Shown: positions 1-8,345 of the stretch, piece after piece
How positions within the stretch are numbered: the stretch's first letter is position 1
Layout: each line of letters begins with the position of its first letter
Source of the DNA: an uncultured bacterium
GTDB taxonomy: Bacteria; Patescibacteriota; Minisyncoccia; UBA6257; 2-01-FULL-56-20
Direction of reading: 5' to 3'
Assembly: GCA_963768625.1 (NCBI GenBank)
Contig: CAVYIK010000003.1
Coordinates: 390,715-454,714 of the forward strand
Length of the DNA stretch: 64,000 nt
The notes under the pieces: generated by a model
Told to the model about the DNA's origin: nothing
The model's database searches: none
Seen by the model: only the letters and a program-made list of their open reading frames with translations
Position numbers and translations under genes: made by a program

Positions 1-81
1 ACCGCATATGCTTTTGAAACCAAATGTGAGATAAAATATATCATGAGGAAACCGTGCTTTCATTATAGCGCGCCGGGCTCC

Positions 82-1199
82 CTATCGCACGCTCCGGTAG
101 CCTCCCCTCGCTCCCTCTTTCGAAAGTACTACTTGCCAGAGCTGGTTCTGCCTCGCACGGAAGGATCCCGCGCAGGAAAGAAGATAGAATTTCCACATGC
201 GATAGAACGTTTCGCCATATTTTGCGCTGATTTCCGGCCAACGCCGGTCGAAGTTCGCGAACCACGCCATAAGCGTTTCATCGTAGTCCGTGCCGAAATT
301 GTGCCAGTCCTCCATCACGAACAATTTCTCCGCACTTTTACTTATCAACGCGACCGACGGGAGTATGCTGTTCGGAAAAATATATTTCTCGATCCATGGA
401 TCGTTATGGCGCCCCGAAACATTGCTTCCGATGGTGTGCAAGAGAAAAAGGCCGCCATCTTTCAAGCGGTCATAGACAACGCGCATATAGGTCCGATAAT
501 TTTTATGTCCCACATGCTCGAACATGCCGAGGGACACAACGTGGTCGAATGTGCCCGGACGTCTCGGTAATCCTCCAAGCGGAGCTCTACGGGCAATCCC
601 TTGCAGAGTTCCCTCCCGAGCTTCACTTGCTCTTCCGAGACCGTGACACCGACGACGCTCACGCCGTACCGTTCCACCGCAAACTTTGCGAAGCTCCCCC
701 ATCCGCATCCGATATCAAGAATTTTTTGCCCCTTTCGGAGATCGAGCTTCCGGCACACGAGATCCAGCTTCGCCTCCTGCGCCGCATCGAGATCCTTGGC
801 ATCGTGCCAATAGCCGCAGGTATAGGTCATCCGGCGGTCGAGCATTCGCACAAAAAGATCGTTCCCAATGTCATAATGTTTTTGGCCTATTTCAAAAGCT
901 TTCGTCCTCCTCCCGGGATTGCTTAACACCGTTTCCAGAAAAAGCAGCGCGTTCCCCGGGGTAAGTCGGATCTTTCGATCTATCTTACTGGACAACAACC
1001 GCGCTACGAGCTCGTCAAGCGCGTCCGCTTCCCACCAACCCGCCATATAGGCCTCCCCGAAAGCCAAGGTGCCTCCGCGAAGAACGGTTTTATAGAACCG
1101 CTCATCCCGTATTTGGATATCCGACGGACGGACGCCGTTCACGCGCACATCGGCTCCCGCAAACAATTTTTCTATTGCCACCTTGGCGCGGTTCATCAC
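82..1199 (-). pseudogene. cfa: cyclopropane-fatty-acyl-phospholipid synthase, reading frame broken once near 558
   Basis: ORF 462-1199 carries the N-terminal part (DIGCGWGSFAKFAVERYG SAM motif, LRLEDYRDV). ORF 82-708 continues in another frame (FDHVVSLGMFEHVGHKNY...FYRMWKFYLLSCAGSFRAR). The junction GACGTCCGGGCAC would be in frame with one extra C or G. Confidence 0.85.
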
Positions 1200-1221
1200 C
1201 TCATTATAACCCGTGAGGATT

Positions 1222-1503
1222 TTATCCGAGCGCTTCTTCTATTGCCGCCTTGAACTTTCTTGCTTTTACGCTATCGCCGGAACATTCAACGACGTAGGTT
1301 GTCTCTCTGAGCTCGCTGTGCATTGACGAGCCCGGTCCGAAAATAGCCGGGAAGATCTGCTCTTCGATGATCCTCCTCTTCTCGTCCGAACCGGCGAAAC
1401 GGAGGGGAATATGGAAAAGCATCTTACCGCCCCCGCTTGACTGCTGTGTTTCTATCATGATGGGCTCTTGCTCGCCCTGGTCTCTGGGCAACTCTTCGGG
1501 CAT
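1222..1503 (-). CDS. hypothetical small protein (93 aa)
   Basis: Open frame packed between the PAP2-like gene stop (1513) and the cfa start (1199) on the same strand. No recognisable motif. Confidence 0.35.
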   Translation of the reverse strand: MPEELPRDQGEQEPIMIETQQSSGGGKMLFHIPLRFAGSDEKRRIIEEQIFPAIFGPGSSMHSELRETTYVVECSGDSVKARKFKAAIEEALG

Positions 1504-1512
1504 ACCTTCAGA

Positions 1513-2589
1513 CTAACCCGTTTGGCTCCCCGTTGCGAGGAAGGACAGTTCGCTTCCCGCGAGCCAGATGGCGAGCGCGGCGACAGCAAGGCCGGCGGGA
1601 ATGTCCATAAAATAATGTTGCGCAAGAAGCACGGTGCCGAAGGTCGATGCGGAAAGGAACGGCAGCGCGACCCAGCCGAGCCACCGCTTCGCGCGGAAAA
1701 GATAATACCCTGCGAGCGCGGCCCAAAAGACATGTGCGGAAGGGATGGTCGAGGTCGGCAGCGATGGCAAACTGGCCTTGCCGACCCTCACTGACTGCAG
1801 AAAATCCGCGAGCTCCGGCTGCGGATGGTAGTTCTGGACCGCAAGCGCAAGCTGGGGCGGGTCCGGCAGATGATAGATGTTATTGATATATCTGTCCTGC
1901 GGCGAAAGCGCGGGGACGGCGAGCCATAACGGCACCATAAAAAGCATACCGACGGAGAACGCGACCAGGAGCTCCCGGAATCTCTCGAGCGCGATATAGG
2001 AGAGAATGATCCCTGCTGTGATGAGGATAAGATCCATGTTCACAAATGAAAAAATGATGAAGGTAATTAGCCAGTGGGGATAATGCACTGCGCCAAGCGC
2101 CGCGAACGCGTAGTTGCCGAAAAGCCATTGCTCTCCGCCGATGATCATTTGGTCCTGTAGCCGCGCCGGGGCAAAGATGTTCGCCTCCCCCATTATCAGC
2201 GCCACGGCAAGGACGAGCATTACCGCGAATATGATCCATACGGCTTCGCGCGACCGCTTTGCCGAAGCGATGAGGGTATCGCGAAGGTCGCCGCCTTTCG
2301 CGCCGCGCAAACGCGGGAAAATGATCCCAAGGAATTCTTTCCCGAAGCTCCACATGACGAGCATGATGACGGCCACGCACAAAAAGGTGACGGTTACCGA
2401 GAAAAAGCCCGAGAAGGATCCGCTGAACGTATGGCTATAATATGCGATCCATGCCGATGCGGAACTCCCGTCCGCGAACCCGCCTGCCGCCCCAAGCACA
2501 AAGAGCAAGAAAAGCGCGGTCATAATACTCGCCGCGAGGACGGCGCCCGCCGTGCCCCGCCGTTTCAGCCAATGCCCAATCTTTTCCAT
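1513..2589 (-). CDS. polytopic membrane protein, PAP2-superfamily-like phosphatase/phosphotransferase
   Basis: 358-aa ORF with many hydrophobic helices. The C-terminal region has PSAHV and LLAQHYFMDIPAG, resembling the PAP2 C2 (PSGH) and C3 (H-x3-D) motifs. Confidence 0.5.
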   Translation of the reverse strand: MEKIGHWLKRRGTAGAVLAASIMTALFLLFVLGAAGGFADGSSASAWIAYYSHTFSGSFSGFFSVTVTFLCVAVIMLVMWSFGKEFLGIIFPRLRGAKGGDLRDTLIASAKRSREAVWIIFAVMLVLAVALIMGEANIFAPARLQDQMIIGGEQWLFGNYAFAALGAVHYPHWLITFIIFSFVNMDLILITAGIILSYIALERFRELLVAFSVGMLFMVPLWLAVPALSPQDRYINNIYHLPDPPQLALAVQNYHPQPELADFLQSVRVGKASLPSLPTSTIPSAHVFWAALAGYYLFRAKRWLGWVALPFLSASTFGTVLLAQHYFMDIPAGLAVAALAIWLAGSELSFLATGSQTG

Positions 2590-2631
2590 TGTGAAAAGTA
2601 TATCAGGCCTGAACCCAAAAATCCTTTACTG

Positions 2632-2703
2632 GGTGCCTCACGGGAATCGAACCCGTATTGCTGCTGCCACAGAGCAGAGCTTTACCATTAAGCTAGAGGC
2701 ACC
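2632..2703 (-). tRNA. tRNA-His (anticodon GTG)
   Basis: The reverse complement folds as a cloverleaf: G-1, acceptor GTGCCTC/GAGGCAC, D arm GCTT-AATGGTA-AAGC, anticodon stem CTGCT/AGCAG with loop CTGTGGC, T arm ACGGG-TTCGATT-CCCGT, discriminator C. Confidence 0.85.
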
Positions 2704-2763
2704 ATCATCTTCCGACTCTTCAGTTGAAGATTATGCCACAACGGAATGCTATAATCAACAGGC

Positions 2764-3468
2764 GTGAGCACTCTCGTGGCTAATATCGGACTCCTCGCAA
2801 GCCAAAATCTTCTCTTGGCTTATTTTATTATCTACGTCGCAACGATCTTCCTCGGCAATATTTCCGCGTTCGTGAGCTTCTGGATCGTATTTCAGGGATA
2901 TTTCGGCGTGTGGGGCATCCCGCTTCTCATCCTCACGATCTTTCTCGCCGATATGACGGGCGACCTCCTTTGGTATTCGCTTGGCCGCGCGACGCGCGAG
3001 ACGCGCTTTGGGAATTGGATCAGGCGGCGCCTGCCCGCATGGCACGAGAAAGTGGAAAATGCGTTTGAGCACAACGGGAGGCGATGGATCTTCCTTTCAA
3101 AATTCGTGTATGCATCGGCGTTCCCCGTCATTTTTTCGGCGGGATGGAGCAGGATGAAGTTCCAGCAATTCTTCCGCAATTCCCTGTTCTCCGTGCTCCT
3201 CTGGCTCCCCGTCCTCCTCGGTCTTGCGTACGGCCTCATCTCCGGCCTCTCGCCTCTCGGCGCCGTCTATGCCTTCCGCGACCTCGGGCTCACGTTCTTC
3301 ATCGGCCTCGCCCTGTTCCTGCTCCTTGATTACTTCATCGCCAAGTTCATCGCGAAGGCGCTCGGCAAGGAACAAAAAGGATTGACCGCGAGCGCTGTCT
3401 TTCTTATACTAGATCGGTACATATGTCAAATCTCACAAAAAATATCCTCTGGGCGATCCGCGCGCTGA
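2764..3468 (+). CDS. DedA/VTT-domain family membrane protein
   Basis: 234-aa ORF (GTG start) with multiple TM helices and a DedA-like core (DMTGDLLWYSLGR...RWIFLSKFVYASAFPVIFSAGWSRMKF). Confidence 0.55.
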   Translation: MSTLVANIGLLASQNLLLAYFIIYVATIFLGNISAFVSFWIVFQGYFGVWGIPLLILTIFLADMTGDLLWYSLGRATRETRFGNWIRRRLPAWHEKVENAFEHNGRRWIFLSKFVYASAFPVIFSAGWSRMKFQQFFRNSLFSVLLWLPVLLGLAYGLISGLSPLGAVYAFRDLGLTFFIGLALFLLLDYFIAKFIAKALGKEQKGLTASAVFLILDRYICQISQKISSGRSAR

Positions 3469-5311
3469 TTGTGATCTCGCTCTTCTTTTCTCGCCTTTCT
3501 CGCGCCCGCGACGCAGCCGCAGACCTTAAGCCTGAACCAGCTTGTGGACAAAATAAACGCCGGGCAGGTGACGAAGATCGTCGTGAACGGCAACGATCTC
3601 GCGGTTACGCTCAAGGATGGGAGCACCGCGGCTTCCAAAAAGGAACGAGATCTGGCATTTCGGAGACGCTCAAAAATCTTGGCGTGAATCCGACAGCGCT
3701 CCAGAGCGTTGACCTTGAAGTGCAGGACCAGTCGGGCTGGCAGTTCTGGGCGGGATCTTCTGCTCCCTACGCTCCTTCCGCTCCTCGCGATCGGCGTCAT
3801 TTTCTGGTTCATGTTCCGGCAGGCGCGCACGGGCGTGAACCAGGCGTTCAATTTCGGCCGCTCCAACCTCCGCCTTTCCACTTTCAAGGACAAGGTGATG
3901 TTCAAGGACGTCGCGGGCCTCAAAGAAGCAAAGGAGGAACTGATCGAGGTCGTCGATTTCTTAAAAAATCCTAAAAAGTTCCTTGACTTGGGCGCGCGCA
4001 TCCCCCGCGGCATATTGCTCATGGGGCCTCCGGGAACCGGGAAAACGCTCGTCGCCCGCGCCGTCGCGGGCGAAAGCGGCGTCCCGTTCTTCTATATCTC
4101 CGCGTCGGAATTCGTGGAGATGTTCGTGGGCGTGGGCGCTTCGCGCACCCGCGACGCCTTCATGACGGCGAAGCGTGCCGCGCCCGCCATCCTTTTTATT
4201 GATGAGATCGACGCGGTCGGCCGCCAGCGCGGCGCAGGTCTGGGCGGCGGGAACGACGAACGGGAGCAAACACTGAACCAGATCCTCGTTGAAATGGACG
4301 GCTTTGACCGCGACACGCGCGTGATCGTGCTTGCGGCGACGAACCGCCCGGACATCCTGGACCCGGCGCTCCTCCGGCCCGGACGCTTTGACCGCCGCGT
4401 TATCCTTGACCTTCCCGACCTGAACGACCGCGAGGCGATCCTCAAGATCCACGCCGAAGGAAAAGTGCTCGAAAAGAACATTGATCTCCGCAAGGTCGCC
4501 ATCCGCACGCCCGGCTTCTCCGGCGCCGACCTTGCGAACCTTGATGAACGAAGCCGCCATCTATCGCCGCGCGGCGTCAGCAAAAAAGCGGTCGGGCAGG
4601 ACGACCTTTTTGAAGCGGCGGAGAAGGTGATCCTCGGGCCCGAGCGGAAGAGCCGCGTGATCTCACAGAAGGAGAAGGAGATCACGGCGTACCACGAAGG
4701 CGGGCACGCGCTTGTCGCGGCAGCGGTCAAGGACGCCGACCCGGTACAAAAAGTTTCCATCATCAGCCGCGGCTTCGCGGGCGGCTACACGATGAAACTC
4801 CCGACGGAGGACCAGCACCTAAAGACGCGCAAGCAGTTCCTCGCCGACCTCGCGATGATGATGGGCGGCTACGCTTCGGAGAAGCTCACGTTCGGCGATG
4901 TTTCAACGGGCGCCTCAAACGACCTTAAAGAGGCCTCCGAGCTTGCGCGGCGGCTCGTCACGAAATACGGCATGAGCGACCTCGGCCCGATCACCTTCGG
5001 CAAAAGCGAGGAGCTTATCTTCCTCGGCCGCGAGATCACGACCGAAAAGGATTATTCCGAAAAGGTGGCGGCGGAAATCGACGCGCAGGTGCACAATTTC
5101 CTTTCGCACGCCTACGACATCGCGGAAAAAATATTGAAGTCGCAGAAGCCGGCCCTCAAAAAGATCGCCGAGACCCTGATACAAAAGGAGACGCTGGAGC
5201 AGGAGGAGTTTTACGATCTTTTGAAGCCGTTCAAGATAAAGCCGATGCCGCGTAGCGCGCGGTGCCGCCGTGCAGCGGCCCGGCCGCGCCGGCGCAGGCC
5301 GCCTGCCCTAA
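3423..5311 (+). pseudogene. ftsH: ATP-dependent zinc metalloprotease FtsH, several frame changes
   Basis: Motifs present: N-terminal TM (MSNLTKNILWAIRALIVISLFF), Walker A GPPGTGKT, Walker [40 protein letters not shown] zinc site. The frame switches in the 3480-3720 region. A compensating indel pair garbles ADLANL-MNEAAI near 4540-4570. The annotated ORF reads through to 5565 only because the true stop frame is lost near 5250-5311. Confidence 0.85.
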
Positions 5312-5837
5312 AATTCCACTGTAAATTTCGCTTTTTGCCCTTTCTGGAACGGGTGTTTTATTTCCCTCATCTCCGTCGCGAGATCGGCCACGTCAATGAA
5401 TTCCTGCGGCGCTCCGCGGCCGCTCAAGATCAAAATCCTGTTCTCCGGGAAATCTTTTATCGCCGCAAGAACCTCCGCCACGGTCAAGAAGGCCAAGCGA
5501 AACCGCCACATTCACTTCATCAAGCGCAATCAGGTGCCAGACGCCGGACTCTTTTTCTCGGATGAACACGTCAAGCGCCTTTCGCGCTGCTTCTTTATGT
5601 TTTTCGATCGGCAATTGGTCGCCCAGAATCCCCACGAACCCCAATCCCATCTTCCGTATCTCGAATTTTTCCTTCGGAATCCCGAACTGTTTCGCAAATT
5701 CATCTTCGCCGGAGATCCACGGCCCTTTGATGAACTGGATCATGAGCGCCGATCTTCCCGCGTCCCAAAACGCGGGCCATCTGCCCAAGAGATGCCGTCG
5801 TTTTCCCTTTCCCGTTGCCCGTAAATACAATGATCAT
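5308..5837 (-). pseudogene. cob(I)yrinic acid a,c-diamide (corrinoid) adenosyltransferase CobO/BtuR family, frameshifted
   Basis: The N-terminus MIIVFTGNGKGKTTASLGQ (P-loop) sits at 5837 downward. It continues in another frame with LMIQFIKGPWISGE...WHLIALDEVN, and a third frame gives ILILSGRGAPQEFIDVADLATEMREIKHPF. Confidence 0.7.
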
Positions 5838-5912
5838 TGGTGCGCACGCCTGGATTCGAACCAGGAACCGGACGTGTATAAGACGTCTGCTCTGCCGTTG
5901 AGCTACGTGCGC
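5838..5912 (-). tRNA. tRNA-Ile (anticodon TAT), CCA encoded
   Basis: Reverse complement is GCGCACG-TA-GCTC-AACGGCA-GAGC-A-GACGT-CTTATAC-ACGTC-CGGTT-CCTGG-TTCGAAT-CCAGG-CGTGCGC-A-CCA. This is a perfect cloverleaf and the anticodon loop CTTATAC gives UAU. Confidence 0.85.
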
Positions 5913-5941
5913 ATTTTGGCGCCGCCGGCCGCTACTTTCCT

Positions 5942-6552
5942 ACTATAGCATCAAACCGGTCCATCGCCTGCCCGGCCTGGCGTTGAAATTATTGATCGCG
6001 TTCACGTCAATATTGATCTGGTTCACGAGCGCCGTGACCCGGCGTTCGTACTGCTTGAATCGCTCGCGCCCGAAAACCGTGCCCGCAGAACATCAGCAAG
6101 CTCCCAAGGTCGCCGCTGTAATTGATGAGTTGGTTGATGAGTGCGAGCCGGTTCGCGATGGACTCAAGCGCCGCTTGCTGGGCGTTGAAGTCGGAGATGT
6201 CCGAAGAGGGCCTTCGTCATCCCTTCTATCTGCGCCTGAAAGCTGGACCGCTTGATCGCGGATATCCTGGCTCTGCGTGACAAGCCCCGTCGTGAGCGTG
6301 AGCGCGTTCGCGTAATCCTGCTTTTTATCGAGCGTATCCATCTGCTCAAGCGTGGCCGTGGACTGGTTTGAGAGGTTCACGATGTTCTGCGCGATGATAG
6401 CGCCCTGCATCCGTGAATCGACGAAGCTTCTGCGGCACGCTGTTCCCGCTCTGCATCACGCCGGACGACGACGTAGCCCCACGATCACGATGCCTACGAA
6501 AGCCAAAATGATCTTTGTCCGCCGGGAGAAATGGCCAACATTTGATTATCAT
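5942..6552 (-). pseudogene. hypothetical membrane-anchored protein, apparently frameshifted several times
   Basis: Overlapping minus-strand ORF pieces at 6346-6552, 6093-6410 and 6164-6349, plus an untracked frame down to a TAG at 5942. An N-terminal hydrophobic stretch (KIILAFVGIVIVG) appears only in a shifted frame. No known domain recognised. Confidence 0.3.
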
Positions 6553-6657
6553 ACATTTTATCAGAAATATTTGAAAAGCGCAAGGAGAAGTGCTATTTTA
6601 GTAATACGTTTCTCGGGCGCGAAGAGTTGCGGATGCATCCGCACGCGCCGCCGTCCC

Positions 6658-6729
6658 GCGGGTATCGTATAATGGCATTACCTCAGCTTTCCAAGCTGAT
6701 GACAGGGGTTCGATTCTCCTTACCCGCTC
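6658..6729 (+). tRNA. tRNA-Gly (anticodon TCC)
   Basis: GCGGGTA acceptor paired with TACCCGC, anticodon stem TCAGC/GCTGA with loop TTTCCAA, T arm AGGGG-TTCGATT-CTCCT. Close to bacterial Gly-UCC tRNAs. Confidence 0.85.
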
Positions 6730-6734
6730 AGCAA

Positions 6735-6804
6735 CAGCCAGAGGCAAGTAGCTTCGAAGAGAGTTCTCAGAAGGGCTCTCTTCGAAGCTACTTGCCTCTG
6801 GCTG
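6735..6804 (+). terminator. 29-bp perfect inverted repeat (hairpin) directly after tRNA-Gly
   Basis: CAGCCAGAGGCAAGTAGCTTCGAAGAGAG (6735-6763), a 12-nt loop, then the exact reverse complement (6776-6804), followed by TTTGGTTGGTTGG. Confidence 0.5.
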
Positions 6805-6956
6805 TTTGGTTGGTTGGTGACGGGAATCTCGGTTAGTTCTCCGTGTAGGAGGGTCGCGTTCTTACGCGACAGTGCGGGACCGAGGGTTCCGCAAGCGCAG
6901 GCCGATCTTATCGGCCGAGCAGTGAGATTCTCCTGTTTCTTCGGCGGAAAAGAAAA

Positions 6957-6996
6957 GGCCCCACCAGAGAAGCGTGAGGCCTTTCTGCGTGGGGCG
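6957..6996 (-). terminator. rho-independent terminator of the 7004-7471 gene
   Basis: The minus strand reads CGCCCCACGCAGAAAGG...CTTCTCTGGTGGGG followed by CCTTTTCTTTTCC. Confidence 0.5.
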
Positions 6997-7003
6997 AGAT
7001 GAA

Positions 7004-7471
7004 CTACTGCGCCGGTACACTGCCGTCGTCGCAGTGGTGGTCGGTTGGCGCCTTACCGTCAGCGCAATGAGAAAGGGAAATGCCCAGGGCCGTCGCATCG
7101 TAAGAGCTCAGCCGTTCGAGCAAATACACCTCGTTGGCATCGGACTGGCGATGAAACGTCACAAGGACGACCTTGGTTCCTGGTGCAAATGCATGGGTAG
7201 AGAATCTCCCGCCGAATGGCTCCTTGCCTAAGACGAAACAATTGTACAAACCGTCGTCGGGGGTCGGTACGCATTTCTCAACGGTATAGACACTCTCCTG
7301 TGTAGGCTTTTCATGCTCCCAGGACACGCCGCCGCGAAGGATCGAGAACGTTTCGGCTTTCTCCGCAGCATCCGTCTTGTCCATAAGGATCCTCAAACGG
7401 ATTACGCCGATGACGGCACCGAGAGCCAGAACGCTAACGACGACCGGCAATACCATTCTTTTCGTATCCAT
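7004..7471 (-). CDS. hypothetical membrane-anchored protein (155 aa)
   Basis: ORF with an N-terminal TM helix (MVLPVVVSVLALGAVIGVI), SD-like GAGGAGAG 5 nt upstream of the ATG, and its own promoter and terminator. Confidence 0.55.
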   Translation of the reverse strand: MDTKRMVLPVVVSVLALGAVIGVIRLRILMDKTDAAEKAETFSILRGGVSWEHEKPTQESVYTVEKCVPTPDDGLYNCFVLGKEPFGGRFSTHAFAPGTKVVLVTFHRQSDANEVYLLERLSSYDATALGISLSHCADGKAPTDHHCDDGSVPAQ

Positions 7472-7546
7472 ATTCTCTCCTCAAGTTACAATGTGCAGTC
7501 TTCAGCGGCTCATGCGCTGGAAGTTACCATTCCTAGTAACAAGAAT

Positions 7547-7576
7547 ATTATACCCTATATATACCATATTTGTCAA
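7547..7576 (-). promoter_or_regulatory. sigma70-type promoter (TTGACA-18 nt-TATAAT)
   Basis: The minus strand reads TTGACA (7576-7571) and TATAAT (7552-7547), about 75 nt upstream of the 7471 start. Confidence 0.55.
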
Positions 7577-7790
7577 TACCACTAAAAACCGACGTTTCTT
7601 GAGGCTTTGCCTGTGGCGCCTCGACGGAAAAAATGACGCTTTTTTCTTCATGCTATCCTATTAGCTCGGCCCTTGCCCCTAGGGCCATCCCCCGGGCGAC
7701 GGAAGAGTCTACAGCGCCAACATCCGCAAGGGTCCCATACCCTGTTGGCCGCCAGACTTCCGTCGCCTATTTTTTATCTTTATAGGGCAA

Positions 7791-7821
7791 AAATAAAAGC
7801 AGGAGACCACTGGTCTCCTGC
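7791..7821 (-). terminator. rho-independent terminator of the 7840-8106 gene
   Basis: 10-bp perfect stem GCAGGAGACC/GGTCTCCTGC with a 3-nt loop, followed on the minus strand by TTTTATTTTT. Confidence 0.7.
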
Positions 7822-7839
7822 GCGTTCGATGCTGAAGCA

Positions 7840-8106
7840 TCACCTCATATCTTGAACGCACGCCAAAGCGGTTTGCCGAGCGGTGGCATGCTTCTCGCCG
7901 AGCGATTTCCTTGCCCATTCGTAGGCCTCTCGGTAAAGCCTCTCGCGGAGCGTGAGATCCCTCTCTTCGCCTGGACGGAGCGGGCGGACTTTCGGGCGCG
8001 CGCCTCCAGGCGTACTCCCCATGGTCGCGGTGTGTCGGCTTTCAAGCTGGATGATCCTCTTTAGCGTCAGTTTCTTCTGCTTCTGCTTCTGCTTCTTCTT
8101 CTGCAT
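7840..8106 (-). CDS. hypothetical small basic protein (88 aa)
   Basis: ORF with a lysine/glutamine-rich N-terminus (MQKKKQKQKQKK) encoded by a TTCTGC hexamer repeat. It is flanked by a promoter-like element and a strong terminator. Confidence 0.4.
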   Translation of the reverse strand: MQKKKQKQKQKKLTLKRIIQLESRHTATMGSTPGGARPKVRPLRPGEERDLTLRERLYREAYEWARKSLGEKHATARQTALACVQDMR

Positions 8107-8126
8107 AACGGAAAACCTCTGGCTTA

Positions 8127-8155
8127 TTTATAGGGCAGACGCTGTGATTCTGCAA
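8127..8155 (-). promoter_or_regulatory. sigma70-like promoter (TTGCAG-17 nt-TATAAA)
   Basis: Minus-strand TTGCAG (8155-8150) and TATAAA (8132-8127), upstream of the 8106 start. Confidence 0.4.
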
Positions 8156-8158
8156 GAT

Positions 8159-8196
8159 AAAAAACGACCGGCATCTCCACGAGGGAAAGGCCGGTC
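8159..8196 (-). terminator. rho-independent terminator downstream of tyrS
   Basis: Stem GACCGGC/GCCGGTC (8166-8172 and 8190-8196), followed on the minus strand by GTTTTTTAT. Confidence 0.55.
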
Positions 8197-8345
8197 AAAA
8201 ATCGCGCCCAAGAGAACAATCGTTCGGATAACCGAACTAGTAACAGCTCGTAAGCTGTTTAGAAAAGCGATTCACTTTTGGTGGGCTGATTTAACTATAG
8301 CCCCGCCTCCGGGCCGGTCAAGACATATTGTGGACAACCGGTGGA

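Noticed and set aside
5312-5565. C-terminal extension of the tracked FtsH ORF
   Set aside because: It overlaps the convergent cobO-like gene and has no FtsH similarity. It arises because a late frameshift removes the natural stop.
8075-8104. TTCTGC hexanucleotide repeat (about 3.5 units) at the 5' end of the 88-aa ORF
   Set aside because: The unit length is a multiple of three, so copy-number change would not switch the frame. It simply encodes the KQKQKQ stretch, and there is no evidence of phase variation.
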